From an uncultured delta proteobacterium (lineage in GTDB: Bacteria; Myxococcota_A; Polyangia; Polyangiales; Polyangiaceae), in contig CAWAIF010000003.1 in the NCBI GenBank assembly GCA_963782055.1, positions 3,872,001 through 3,936,000 on the forward strand: 64,000 nt of DNA, given 5' to 3'. Below are positions 12,508 through 22,586 of the stretch, one piece after another. The position numbers and the translations under genes were made by a program. How positions within the stretch are numbered: the stretch's first letter is position 1; each line of letters begins with the position of its first letter. The notes beneath the pieces were generated by a model. That model saw only the letters and a list, made by a program, of their open reading frames with translations, was not told where the DNA came from and ran no database searches.

Positions 12508-13563
12508 TCAGCGGTCGAGGGGGCGCGGCGTGGAGCGATGCGCCTTGCGCAGCGCCGCCTCCGCGGCGGCGCGCCGGGCGTGGACCTTGGCCAGCCGCGC
12601 CCGGGCGATGGGCAGCCAGTGGTCGTCCGGCCTGGCGCGGCTCACGTAGATGGAGAAGTGCGACTCGGCCACCGCCAGGTGCTGCGCGCGCTGCTCCGCC
12701 GTCGTCGCCTCGTCGGCGAGCGCCTCGAAGGCGAGCGCGATGTACCAGTCGCGCTCGTACTCCGGGTCGAAGTAGACGTACGGGGCACCGCCGTCCTGCG
12801 CGGGCAGCACCGAGTACAGGGCGCCTCGCGGGTCCATGTGCTCCGCCGCCCGGGCAGCCTTCAGCGCGTGCAGCAGGTCTCCGCTGCGGTCCAGCGCGAC
12901 CGCGATGTCCCACTGCGCGAGCACGCCGGAGGTGGCCTCGTCCACCACGATGCTGAGGGCCGCCACCTCCCGGAACTGCGAGAGCGCCTGGGAGAGGTCC
13001 CCCGTGCGCATGAACGCCTCCCCCTGGTTGAGCAGCGGGGTGACGCGCTCGGCGTCGGTGCGGGCGCGCGCCAGCACCTCGTCCCAGGCGTGGATCTCGT
13101 CCTTGGGGCGCTGCAGGTGGACGTAGGCCTCCGCCATGTCGGAGTACACGCTCGCGAGGTCGGGCAGGTCGGGCGCGTCGCGCACCACCGACTCCAGCAC
13201 CTCGGCCACCGCCGCCCAGTCGGGCACGGCGAAGGACGCCTTGAAGCCGGCGTACCAGGCGTAGTCGCGGCGCAGCTCGATGTCCGGGCTGTGCCGCGCG
13301 TCGATGCTCTCCAGGATCTCTCGGGCGCGCTCGTAGGCGAGGCGGGCGGGGTCGCTGGCAGGCGCGGGAAGACCGGTGCCGTCGACGCGCCGCCCCTCGC
13401 TCGCCCGGAGCAGGAGCTGGTCGATGACCATGTGGAGGCGATAGCGGTCGCGCGCCGCAGGGTCCTTCACCGTGTCCCACAGCGAGGGCGGGGTGTCGGC
13501 GCGCGCGACCAGCGGCGCCGACAGCGCGAGCAGGAGGCCGAGCAGCACCGCGCGCGGCCTCAT
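12508..13563 (-). CDS. Secreted TPR-like protein
   Basis: Signal peptide ending ARA-D; helical repeat pattern (LLNQGEAFMRTGDLSQALSQF). Confidence 0.7.
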   Translation of the reverse strand: MRPRAVLLGLLLALSAPLVARADTPPSLWDTVKDPAARDRYRLHMVIDQLLLRASEGRRVDGTGLPAPASDPARLAYERAREILESIDARHSPDIELRRDYAWYAGFKASFAVPDWAAVAEVLESVVRDAPDLPDLASVYSDMAEAYVHLQRPKDEIHAWDEVLARARTDAERVTPLLNQGEAFMRTGDLSQALSQFREVAALSIVVDEATSGVLAQWDIAVALDRSGDLLHALKAARAAEHMDPRGALYSVLPAQDGGAPYVYFDPEYERDWYIALAFEALADEATTAEQRAQHLAVAESHFSIYVSRARPDDHWLPIARARLAKVHARRAAAEAALRKAHRSTPRPLDR

Positions 13564-14447
13564 CGATGCCCCCTGCCCTTCTTCTTCGCCGGGCCGTTCA
13601 TCGCCGCCGTGGCCTGCTCAACCCACGGCGTCTTGCCGGCACCGTCGAGGTAGCGCTTCCACGCCGCGCGGGCGGCGACGTCGTCGGTGCCGGCGAGCCC
13701 GACCGCGGCCATGGCGTCCGCCTCCGCGGCGTGCGGACCGAGCCAGTCGCGCGCGCGGGCGCCGGCGGTGAGGCTGCGCGCGAGGGCGCGGGCGCGATCG
13801 TCCAGCGTCGCGCGCGACTCGTCGGTGGCGCCCGAGCGCTCCAGCGCCAGGGCCAGGCCGAGGGTCGCCAGCGCCTGCACGACGTCCACCGCCTCGCGCC
13901 GCGCCTGACGGAAGATGGCGATCGCCTCCTCCAGGCCGGCGGGGCCGCGGGCCATCGCGAGCACGGCCGCCTCGACGTACGCAGGGCCACGCTGGTAAGG
14001 CAGCAGCCCCGCGGCGCGCGGGAGCAGCGCGCGGAAGGCGCCGCGCGCCTCGTCCTCGTGACCGGTGCGGGCCGCCGACCGCGCGAAGGCGTAGAGCGCG
14101 GAGGGATCGTCCACGGCGCGGGGGTCGCGCTTGCGTGCCTCCACGAACGACGCGTACGCCTCGGGGAACTGGCCGAGGTGCGCCAGCGCCCTCCCGCGCA
14201 GCGCGAGCGGCGCGGCGTGGCCGGGCATCAGCCGGTCCGCCTCGTCGGCGATCCCGACCACCTCCCGCGCCAGCGTGGCGCCGGCGGCGAGCTTGCTCGC
14301 CCCGCTCGCCAAGAGATCGCAGTAGCGCCTCAGCTCGGGGTGCTTGGCGCGCTCCCAGACGTTGGTCCCGCGCAGGTCCTCCGACGTACCGCACTCCGGC
14401 GGGCGCGCGGCGGCCATCTGCGCGGCGAACAGGACGGCGACGAGCAC
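13560..14447 (-). CDS. Secreted TPR-like protein
   Basis: LRGRALAHLGQFPEAYASF TPR pattern; ATGA overlap with the next gene. Confidence 0.65.
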   Translation of the reverse strand: MLVAVLFAAQMAAARPPECGTSEDLRGTNVWERAKHPELRRYCDLLASGASKLAAGATLAREVVGIADEADRLMPGHAAPLALRGRALAHLGQFPEAYASFVEARKRDPRAVDDPSALYAFARSAARTGHEDEARGAFRALLPRAAGLLPYQRGPAYVEAAVLAMARGPAGLEEAIAIFRQARREAVDVVQALATLGLALALERSGATDESRATLDDRARALARSLTAGARARDWLGPHAAEADAMAAVGLAGTDDVAARAAWKRYLDGAGKTPWVEQATAAMNGPAKKKGRGHR

Positions 14448-14462
14448 GTGGTTAGGACTAGC

Positions 14463-15734
14463 TCAGAAGGGCCGCGCGCGCACGATGGTCTCGCCGCGGC
14501 GGTAGCCCACGCTGACGATCATGGCGTCGCACCCCGCCGCCTCCTCGATCATCGCGACGTAGCGGCGCGCCGCGTCGGGCAGCTCCTCCATGGTGCGCGC
14601 CTGGCCCAGCGCCTGCGACCAGCCGGGCACCGTGCGGTACACCGGCTCGGCGCGATCCAGCTCGCCGACGGGCAGGTCGGGCGTCTCCCCCGCGGGGGTC
14701 TTGTAGGCCACGCACACGCGCAGCTCGTCCAGGCCGGTCAGCACGTCCAGCTTGGTGACGGCGATGCCGTCCAGCCCGTTGATGCGCGACGCGTAGCGGA
14801 GCGCGGGCAGATCGAGCCACCCGGTGCGCCGCGGGCGCCCGGTGACCGAGCCGAACTCGTCGCCGACCTTGCGCAGGCGCTCGCCCGTCGCGTCGGAGAG
14901 CTCGGTCGGGAAGGGGCCCGCGCCCACGCGCGTGCAGTACGCCTTCACCAGGCCGACCACCTTGTCGATGCGCGTCGGGCCGATCCCCGCGCCGGTACAC
15001 GCGCCGCCCGCCGCCGCGCTGGACGACGTCACGAAGGGGTACGTCCCGTGGTCCACGTCCAGCAAGGTCCCCTGCGCGCCCTCGAAGAGGACGTTTTTGC
15101 CCTCCCGCAGCCGCCTGTCCACCAGCGCGGCGGTGTCCACCAGGCGTGGCACCAGCCGCTCGGCGAGCGGCTCGATCTCCGCCATCACCTCGTCCGCCGA
15201 GGGGGCGGCGCCGCCGAGCGCGCGGATGGTGGGCTCCCACGCGGCGAGCGCCCGCTCCACCAGAACGCGCATCCCGGCGAGATCGCGCATCGCCGCCATG
15301 GGAACGCCGCGCCGCGCCGCCTTGTCCTCGTAGCAGGGGCCGATGCCGCGCTTGGTCGTACCGATGGCGCCCGCCCCTTGCTCGCGCAGGCCGTCCACCA
15401 GCAGGTGGTAGGGCAGGATCGCGTGCGCGCGCTCGGCGATCCACAGATCGCGCGCCTGCTCGTGACCGCGGCGAACCAGCTCGTCGATCTCCCCGAGCAG
15501 GCGCGCCGGGTCGATCACCATCCCCTGCGCGAGCACGCACTCGGTTCCCTTGCGCAGCACGCCGCTCGGGATGAGGCGCACGATGATCTTGTCGTCGCCC
15601 ACGACCAGCGTGTGGCCCGCGTTGGGCCCCCCGGCGTAGCGCACCACGACCTGCGCGTGCTCGGTGAAGATGTCGACGACCTTCCCCTTGCCCTCGTCCC
15701 CCCACTGCGCTCCGACGACGATGACGCCAGGCAT
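14463..15734 (-). CDS. purA: Adenylosuccinate synthetase
   Basis: GAQWGDEGKGK, GGPNAGHT, EGAQG, TGRPRRTGWLD. Confidence 0.97.
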   Translation of the reverse strand: MPGVIVVGAQWGDEGKGKVVDIFTEHAQVVVRYAGGPNAGHTLVVGDDKIIVRLIPSGVLRKGTECVLAQGMVIDPARLLGEIDELVRRGHEQARDLWIAERAHAILPYHLLVDGLREQGAGAIGTTKRGIGPCYEDKAARRGVPMAAMRDLAGMRVLVERALAAWEPTIRALGGAAPSADEVMAEIEPLAERLVPRLVDTAALVDRRLREGKNVLFEGAQGTLLDVDHGTYPFVTSSSAAAGGACTGAGIGPTRIDKVVGLVKAYCTRVGAGPFPTELSDATGERLRKVGDEFGSVTGRPRRTGWLDLPALRYASRINGLDGIAVTKLDVLTGLDELRVCVAYKTPAGETPDLPVGELDRAEPVYRTVPGWSQALGQARTMEELPDAARRYVAMIEEAAGCDAMIVSVGYRRGETIVRARPF

Positions 15735-15738
15735 TCGG

Positions 15739-17025
15739 CTATTTCCTCTCCTTGCGACCCAGTGCGCGCAGACCTTCGACCGCAGCCTCGGTGGCGGCGA
15801 CGGCCGCGCCGGTGGCGACGTCGACCAGCTCCGACGCGCCGAGCACGTGGGAGTAGCCCCACGCGCGCGCGTAGTCGAGCGCCGTGGCCTCCTCGAGCAC
15901 CACGGCGGCGACGCCCGCCTGCCGCAGGCTCGTCGCGCGGGCGCGCGCCCCCGCGCCGGTGACCACCACACCCGGCGGGTCGTCGGGGGCCACGCCAGCG
16001 GTGACCACGGCGACGGCGAGGCAGTCCAGGTCCAGCGCGAAGCCCACCGCGGGCATCGGCGCGCCGAAGCGCGACAGCAGCTCGTCGTAACGACCGCCGG
16101 AGCCCACCGGCGATCCCGGACCGGGCGCGTACGCGCGGAAGAGCATGCCGGTGTAGTACGCGTAGCTCCGCACCTCCCCCAGATCGACCGCGAGCACGTC
16201 CGCCAGGCCCTCGGCGCGGGCGGCACGGTAGAGGGACTCCAGGCGCGCGAGCGCGGCGGCCGCAGGCGTGCCGGCGAGCAGGCGCGCTCCCTCGGCGAGC
16301 GCCTCCTCACCACCGGCGAGGGCGAGCAGGGCGCGCAGGCGTGTGTCGTCCACGCCGGCGGCGCGCGCACGCTCGGCGACTTCTTCCTCGTCCTTGCGCG
16401 CCATGGCCTCCGAGATGGCCTGCGCGGCCTCCGGCGACGCCTCCGCGAGCAGGCCGCGGGCGATGCCGGCGTCTCCCAGGTCGAGCGTGAAGCGCCCAAG
16501 GCCCGCGGCGCGCAGCGCCTCCGCCGCCACCGCGAGCAGCTCCAGGTCCCCCGCCGGACCCGGCACGCCGGCCAGCTCCACCCCCACCTGCGGGATCTGC
16601 CGGTGGGTGCGCGCTCGCCCCCCGCGACGCCGCAGCACCGTGCCCTCGTAGGCCAGCCGGTAGGGTGGGGGCCGCCGGAACAGGCGCGTGGCGATCATCC
16701 GCGCCACCTGGGGGGTCATGTCGGGGCGCAGGGCGGCCACCTCCCCGGAGTCCGGCTCGACGAACCGGAGGACCTCCGAGGGGTCGAGGGTGCCCAGACC
16801 CCGCTCCAGGACCTCGGCGAACTCGAAGGCTGGGGGGGTGACCAGGGCGTAGCCAAAAAGCTCCACCTGTCCCAGAACGCCACGACCAAGTGCCCTGCGG
16901 CGGCGGGTCTCCTCCGGGAGGAAGTCGCGCATCCCGGCGGGCAGCGGGTGCTCCAGCCCACCCCCGCCCGAAGCGGATTCTAGCGGGCTCGGCCGTGCTC
17001 GCCCTGCGCTCGACACCTGGCCCAA
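15739..17025 (-). CDS. hisZ: ATP phosphoribosyltransferase regulatory subunit (start uncertain)
   Basis: GMRDFLP, LRPDMTPQVAR, YYTG, GGRYD; adjacent to purA as is common. Confidence 0.88.
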   Translation of the reverse strand: MGQVSSAGRARPSPLESASGGGGLEHPLPAGMRDFLPEETRRRRALGRGVLGQVELFGYALVTPPAFEFAEVLERGLGTLDPSEVLRFVEPDSGEVAALRPDMTPQVARMIATRLFRRPPPYRLAYEGTVLRRRGGRARTHRQIPQVGVELAGVPGPAGDLELLAVAAEALRAAGLGRFTLDLGDAGIARGLLAEASPEAAQAISEAMARKDEEEVAERARAAGVDDTRLRALLALAGGEEALAEGARLLAGTPAAAALARLESLYRAARAEGLADVLAVDLGEVRSYAYYTGMLFRAYAPGPGSPVGSGGRYDELLSRFGAPMPAVGFALDLDCLAVAVVTAGVAPDDPPGVVVTGAGARARATSLRQAGVAAVVLEEATALDYARAWGYSHVLGASELVDVATGAAVAATEAAVEGLRALGRKERK

Positions 17026-17209
17026 GGCTTTTCACATGGCGCCGCTCCGGTCAACGTCCGAACGGGGTACGCCCCGGGTGTACGGCCTACAGGCAAATGT
17101 CGGGATCTCAACACGATGGGTCAGCCTTGACACCGGTTGGACGGTCGGGTTTCGCGCCGTATCGGCCAGCCGATCCACGTCGGCACGGAGATCGCAAAGA
17201 ACGCGCCTC

Positions 17210-17797
17210 ATGGCCTACCGCATCGAACCCTCCGTCCTCCGTCGCGCAGCCGAAGGTGACAAGAACGCCCTCGACGAGCTGGTCGAGCGTCTTGAGCCCC
17301 ACATCGAGCGCCAGCTCCTGCGCTACCCCGTCGCCGAGGAGGACCGGCGCGACCTCCTGCAGGCCACCCTGATGCAGGTCATTCGGCGCATCGGCTCCTT
17401 CCGGGGTGACTCCAGCTTCTCCACCTGGCTCTTCCGCGTGACCGCCAACGAGGCGCTCATGCTGATGCGCTCGCAGCGCCGCCACCGGGCGAGGCTGGTC
17501 GAGGGCCTGGAGCTGGACGACCTGGGCGCCCTCCCCTCCATGAAGGACGACCACGAGCTGCAGGGCGATCATGGCGCCGAGTCCAACGAGCGCCGCGCGC
17601 GCGTGCGCAGCGCCCTGGCGGAGCTGCCCCACGACTACCGCGAGGTGGTGGTGGCCCACTACCACCTGGACCTGGGCCTCCAGGAGATCGCCGACCGCTA
17701 CGAGCTGAGCGAGAGCGCCGTTCGCTCGCGGCTGCACCGCGCGCGCGCGCGCCTGCGTCAGCTCCTGGCCGACAGCGAGGTCGCCGCCGCGGCGTAG
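17210..17797 (+). CDS. ECF-type RNA polymerase sigma factor
   Basis: DLLQ, SFRGDSSFSTWLFRVTAN (sigma2); EIAD..SESAVRSRLHRAR (sigma4). Confidence 0.9.
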   Translation: MAYRIEPSVLRRAAEGDKNALDELVERLEPHIERQLLRYPVAEEDRRDLLQATLMQVIRRIGSFRGDSSFSTWLFRVTANEALMLMRSQRRHRARLVEGLELDDLGALPSMKDDHELQGDHGAESNERRARVRSALAELPHDYREVVVAHYHLDLGLQEIADRYELSESAVRSRLHRARARLRQLLADSEVAAAA

Positions 17798-17829
17798 GCT
17801 TCACATGGAGGGGCGGCACGCGCGCGGGT

Positions 17830-20076
17830 TCAGGGCTCCTTGGGCTTGACGTAGATCTCCTTCACGCGCGACCGCGCGGCGTTGAAGGCGTCCAGCACCG
17901 GCTTCATGCGGTCGGCGTCGCCGGAGAGATCGTTCGCCTCGGCGGGGTCGCTCTTCAGGTCGTAGAGCTGGTAGTTGCGGCCCCCGGAGTAGATGAGCTT
18001 CATGCCGGGCGTGTCCCCGGTGATGATGGCCTTGCGCATGTGCGTGTACGGGCCGTCGGGCATGTCGACGTAGACGTCGCGCTCGACGAAGGGCGGCTTG
18101 CCCAGCACATCGGGGATGAGGCTCTGGCCGGACAGCTCGCCCAGCAGCGGCCGGTCCATGCCCATGAGATCCATGATGGTGGGCACCAGATCGATCTGGC
18201 TGCGCTTCTCCGGCACGTGGTGCGGCGTGGCGCCGGGCACGTACACCAGGAAGGGCACGTGGATCAGACACTGCCAGATCTCGAAGCCGTGCCAGCTCAT
18301 GTGGTGCTCGCCGAACGCCTCGCCGTGATCCGCGGTGACGATGATGGCGGTGTGCTTCCCCCAGGGCTGGCTCGCCACGTAGTCGAGCACGCGCCCCAGG
18401 TGGTGATCGGTGAACCACACCTCGCCGTCGTAGAGCGCGCGCGTCGGGCCCACGCCGTCGCCGCTCATGTCCGGCGCCTCCTTGTGCGGCATGTACTGGG
18501 CGTGCGGGTCGAAGTAGTGCAGCCACATGAAGAAGCGGCCGCCGGTGTTGGCGGGGTCGCGCAGCAGCTTGAGCGCGGTGTCGGAGAGCTGCGCGCTGGT
18601 GATGGAGGTGTCGCTCTCCCCCTGCCCGGCCCCGGGCTTCGCCGACATGTCCCAGTCGTCCATGCCCTGCGACATGCCGCTCCACGGGGAGAAGTACCAG
18701 TGGGAGGCCGCGCCCATGGTGCGGATGCCCGCGGCCTGGAGCCGCTCGGCGACGAAGACGTTCGACCCGAAGTAGGTGTTGAAGTGCGCGCCGTCGCGCG
18801 CGGTCTCGCTGGGGTACTTGCCGATGAGCATCGGCGCGACGCTCTTGCTGGTGTACGAGGCCATCGAGTACATCGCGTCGAAGACCACACCCTTCGCGGC
18901 CAGCGCGTCCAGGTTGGGGGTGGTGGGCTTCTTCCACCCCATGAAGCCGACGTCCGGTCGCAGGGTGTCCACCGTGATCAGGATGAGGCTCAGCCCCTTC
19001 GGCACGCGCTCCTCCGGCGTGAGCGGCGCGGGCGGCGGCGGCGGCTTCGGAGCGGGGGTGTCGGCGCCGGAGCAGTCCTCGTCGATGCCGTTGCCGGGCA
19101 CGTCCACCGCCGTCGGCGATATCGACGCGTCGTCGTCGTCGCAGTCTCCGCCGCCGAAGAGCGGCGACGCGCCGTCGTGATCGCGGTCGGTGGCGCGGCG
19201 CAGCCCGTGGAGGGCGATGCGCCCGAGGGGCGCCTTGTCGATGGCGCGCAAGGTGGCCGCCGCGTCGTTGAGCGCGCGCGCTTGCTGGTAGGTCAGCGCC
19301 GGCATCGCGAGCACGACGAGCGCCGCGACGACGAGCCACGGCAGGCGGACGAGCCGCGAGGCGAAGGCGACCGGCGCCAGGTACGCGCAGAAGGCGAGCG
19401 CGAGCAGGTCCACCACCGGGCGCAGGTCCAGCTCGGCCCGGGTGAGCACGCCGAAGACGGAGAGCGCGCCGGGGCCGTCCCCGCCGGCGTCGCCGGTGTG
19501 CGCGCCGAGCGCGAGGACGCCGCACGCGATGACCAGCGCCACGCCGAAGGTGGTGGGCGGGTCCACCAGCCTGGGGAAGCGGTCCGCGCCGCGAGCGAGG
19601 GCGCGCCGGAGCGGAGAGAGCAGCGCCAGCACCAGCGCGGCGGCGACCAGGAGGATGCCCGCGGAGGAGGCGGCCATCTCGACGCCGACGGGGCGCGCCT
19701 TGCCGCTCGCCAGGAGGTGCCGCGCCATCTGCGCCGCCGCCACGGTCGCGCCGAGCGCGCCGAACACGACGAGCGGCGCCAGCGCGGCGGTGCGCGAGCG
19801 CGCCAGCAGCGGCTCGGCGCGCACGGCGGCGACGATCTCCGAGGGCGCGCGGGGCGCCTGCGGCTGGAGGTAGAGCATGAGCAGGCCGACGGCGACGCCC
19901 ACCACGAGGCCCACGGGCACGAGCAGCCCGAAGTCGGCGCCGAAGACGCCGGCATAGGTCGCGCCGCGGGCGGCGGCCTCGCGGACGGCCTCGCGTCCCT
20001 CGACGAGGGCGACGAGCCCGGCACCGAAGAGGCCACCGAGGCACGAGAAGAGCACGCGCGCGAGCGCCCGTTTCAC
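17830..20076 (-). CDS. Multi-TM alkaline-phosphatase-superfamily (sulfatase-like) hydrolase/transferase
   Basis: ITVDTLRPD, HYFDPH, YDGEV, TADHGE, HVPF; N-terminal TM bundle; DCDDDD..NGIDEDC acidic motif. Confidence 0.85.
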   Translation of the reverse strand: MKRALARVLFSCLGGLFGAGLVALVEGREAVREAAARGATYAGVFGADFGLLVPVGLVVGVAVGLLMLYLQPQAPRAPSEIVAAVRAEPLLARSRTAALAPLVVFGALGATVAAAQMARHLLASGKARPVGVEMAASSAGILLVAAALVLALLSPLRRALARGADRFPRLVDPPTTFGVALVIACGVLALGAHTGDAGGDGPGALSVFGVLTRAELDLRPVVDLLALAFCAYLAPVAFASRLVRLPWLVVAALVVLAMPALTYQQARALNDAAATLRAIDKAPLGRIALHGLRRATDRDHDGASPLFGGGDCDDDDASISPTAVDVPGNGIDEDCSGADTPAPKPPPPPAPLTPEERVPKGLSLILITVDTLRPDVGFMGWKKPTTPNLDALAAKGVVFDAMYSMASYTSKSVAPMLIGKYPSETARDGAHFNTYFGSNVFVAERLQAAGIRTMGAASHWYFSPWSGMSQGMDDWDMSAKPGAGQGESDTSITSAQLSDTALKLLRDPANTGGRFFMWLHYFDPHAQYMPHKEAPDMSGDGVGPTRALYDGEVWFTDHHLGRVLDYVASQPWGKHTAIIVTADHGEAFGEHHMSWHGFEIWQCLIHVPFLVYVPGATPHHVPEKRSQIDLVPTIMDLMGMDRPLLGELSGQSLIPDVLGKPPFVERDVYVDMPDGPYTHMRKAIITGDTPGMKLIYSGGRNYQLYDLKSDPAEANDLSGDADRMKPVLDAFNAARSRVKEIYVKPKEP

Positions 20077-20155
20077 GCCGCAGGTTCTAAAGCAGCATGC
20101 CCCGTTCGGCTACGTCCAAGATTTCGCAGGGGGGGCGGCTCGGGCGGCCCTGCCG

Positions 20156-21073
20156 CTACTTCCCCTTCTTGCGCGACCACCTGGCGTGTGGATGAGCGGC
20201 GTCGTAGACGCGCATGAGGTGGTCGACCGAGACGTGGGTGTAGCGCTGCGTGGTGGAGAGCGAGGCGTGCCCCAGGATCTCCTGGATGCTCCGCAGGTCG
20301 GCGCCGCCGTCGAGCAGGTGCGTGGCGCAGGTGTGGCGCAGCGCGTGGGGGTGCAGGTCGGCGCGGCCGGCGCCGAGCGCACCGTAGCGATGCACCAGAA
20401 GCTGCACCGCGCGGACGTTGAGGCGCGTGCCGCGCGGCCCGAGGAAGAGCGCCTTCGGGTCCTGGTAGCCGGTCCTGGAGTGGCGAATCTCGCCGCGGCA
20501 CGCGAGGTAGGCGGCGAGCGCCTCGCGCGCCTTGCCTCCGAGCGGCACCACGCGCTCCTTGTTGCCCTTGCCGACGACGCGCAAGCTCTCCCCGCCCAGG
20601 GCGTCGCGGTCCAGCCCGACGAGCTCGCTGACGCGCAGGCCCGACCCGTACAGCAGCTCGAGCACGGCGCGGTCGCGCGCGGCGGGGGCGTCCTCGGCCT
20701 CGGGCGCCTCCATCACCTGCGCGGCGGCGTCCACCGAGAGGAAGGTGGGCAGCGGGCGGCGCACCTTGGGGCTCGCGAGCTGCTCGGCCACGTCCACCGC
20801 GACCACGCCGCGCCTGCGGGCCCAGCGGAAGAAGGTCTTCACGCTGGAGACCATCCGGGCGACCGAGCTCGCCGCGTGGGTGCGCGAGACCGAGCCGAGC
20901 CACCCGCGGAGCAGGTAGACGTCCACGTCGCCGAGCCCCGTGTTGCCCGGGCGCCGCTCCGCCACGAAGGCCAACAGGCTGGCCAGATCGCGCCCGTACG
21001 CCGCCACCGTGTTGGGTGACGCGCGCTTCTCGCTCGTCAGGTGCGCGAGAAAGTCGCGGACGGCGGCGTGCAT
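20156..21073 (-). CDS. xerC: Tyrosine recombinase XerC
   Basis: SPNTVAAYGRDL, LYGSGLRVSEL, GKGNKER, HALRHTCATHLL, LGHASLSTTQRYT. Confidence 0.88.
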   Translation of the reverse strand: MHAAVRDFLAHLTSEKRASPNTVAAYGRDLASLLAFVAERRPGNTGLGDVDVYLLRGWLGSVSRTHAASSVARMVSSVKTFFRWARRRGVVAVDVAEQLASPKVRRPLPTFLSVDAAAQVMEAPEAEDAPAARDRAVLELLYGSGLRVSELVGLDRDALGGESLRVVGKGNKERVVPLGGKAREALAAYLACRGEIRHSRTGYQDPKALFLGPRGTRLNVRAVQLLVHRYGALGAGRADLHPHALRHTCATHLLDGGADLRSIQEILGHASLSTTQRYTHVSVDHLMRVYDAAHPHARWSRKKGK

Positions 21074-21165
21074 CCTCCCTCCAACCTAGCGCCGCGCGCC
21101 GGGAGGGGCCAAATCGCCCGGCCTCAGCCCACCCGCCCTCCGGGCCGGGCCCTCGGCGTGGCCTC

Positions 21166-22488
21166 TCAGGCGCACGCCTGGCGAAGCTGGTCCACCGTCT
21201 TGGGGATCTCCGCGGTGAGGTTCTCCGGGCCGGCCTTGGTGACCAGGATGTCGTCCTCGATGCGCACGCCGATGCCGCGCCACTCCGGCGGCACCTTGTC
21301 GTACTCCCGGCCGATGTAGATGCCCGGCTCCACCGTGAGCACCATGCCCTCTTCCAGCACGCGGGGCTTGCCGTCCACGTAGTACGAGCCGACGTCGTGC
21401 ACGTCCATGCCGAGCCAGTGGCTGGTGCGGTGCATGAAGAAGGGCTTGTAGGCCTCCTCCTTGATGAGCTTGAGCACCTCCCCCTGCAGGAGCCCCAGCT
21501 TCACCAGCCCGCGGGTGATGACGTCCACGCTCTTGTGGTGCACCTCTTCCAGCGTGGCGCCGACGCGCGTCGCGGCGATGCTCGCCTCCTGCGCGTCAAG
21601 CACGAGCTGGTAGATGGCCTCCTGCTCCTTGGTGAAGCTGCCGCTCACCGGGAAGGTGCGCGTGACGTCGCTCGCGTAGTAGCCGTACTCGCAACCGGCA
21701 TCGATGAGGAGCAGATCTCCCGGGTCCATCTTGCGGTTGTTCTGCCGGTAGTGGAGCACCGTGGCGTTGGGCCCGGAGCCGACGATGCTGCCGTAGGCCG
21801 GGCGCTCCGAACCCTCCCGCCGGAAGGTCTCCAGCAGGAGGGCCTCCACCTCGTACTCGAACATGCCGGGGCGCGTCCCTGCCATGGCGCGCAGGTGCGC
21901 GTCGCGCGTGATGCGCGCGGCGGCGCGCATGGCGTCCATGTCCTCGCCCGCCTTGAAGAGGCGCATCTCGTGGATGACGGCGCCCGGGTCGGCGATCTCC
22001 GTCGGCCAGTAGATGCCGGTGCGCGCGCGCCGGCGTGTCGCGTCCAGGGCGTCCAGGACCTTGTCGTCGAACGCGCGGTCCTTGCCCAGCCGGTAGTAGA
22101 GCTTGCGACGGTTGGAGAGGAGCTTCGGCAGCTCCTCGGCGAGATCGCCGATCTTGTACGCCTCATCCGCGCCGTAGACCGCCTTCGCGCCGTCCACGCC
22201 GGCGCGCGGACCGTCCCACACCTCGCGGTCCGGGTCGCGCTGGCGGACGAAGAGCACCGACTTGCGCTGGGCGCCATCCACCAGGAGCACGAGCACGCTC
22301 TGCGGCTCGTCGAACCCGGTGAGATAGAAGAGGTCGGAGTCCTGCCTGTACTCGTGGTCCACGTCGTTGTTGCGAACGTAGACGGGGGCAGCGGGCAGCA
22401 CCGCGACGGAGGGCTCGCCCGAGGCGGCGATGGCGTCGCCGAAGGCGGCGCGGCGGCGGGCGTAGAGCTCTGTGTGGCAGGCGTGCAT
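21166..22488 (-). CDS. pepP: Xaa-Pro aminopeptidase
   Basis: YRQDSDLFYLTG, DAGCE..YASDVTRT, HWLGMDVHD, TVEPGIY, GVRIEDD. Confidence 0.95.
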   Translation of the reverse strand: MHACHTELYARRRAAFGDAIAASGEPSVAVLPAAPVYVRNNDVDHEYRQDSDLFYLTGFDEPQSVLVLLVDGAQRKSVLFVRQRDPDREVWDGPRAGVDGAKAVYGADEAYKIGDLAEELPKLLSNRRKLYYRLGKDRAFDDKVLDALDATRRRARTGIYWPTEIADPGAVIHEMRLFKAGEDMDAMRAAARITRDAHLRAMAGTRPGMFEYEVEALLLETFRREGSERPAYGSIVGSGPNATVLHYRQNNRKMDPGDLLLIDAGCEYGYYASDVTRTFPVSGSFTKEQEAIYQLVLDAQEASIAATRVGATLEEVHHKSVDVITRGLVKLGLLQGEVLKLIKEEAYKPFFMHRTSHWLGMDVHDVGSYYVDGKPRVLEEGMVLTVEPGIYIGREYDKVPPEWRGIGVRIEDDILVTKAGPENLTAEIPKTVDQLRQACA

Positions 22489-22586
22489 CGATCTTTTGTG
22501 TGTGTGCGGCCGTCCGCCGTCAAGCTCCCTTTTTCGCGACGCGCCAGAAGTTGGCCCAGCCCAGCGGGCCCGCCGACAATTCGCGC

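Noticed and set aside
20156..21073. Tyrosine recombinase as a prophage or island integrase
   Set aside because: Size and motifs fit housekeeping XerC, the neighbours are core genes, and no att repeats were seen.
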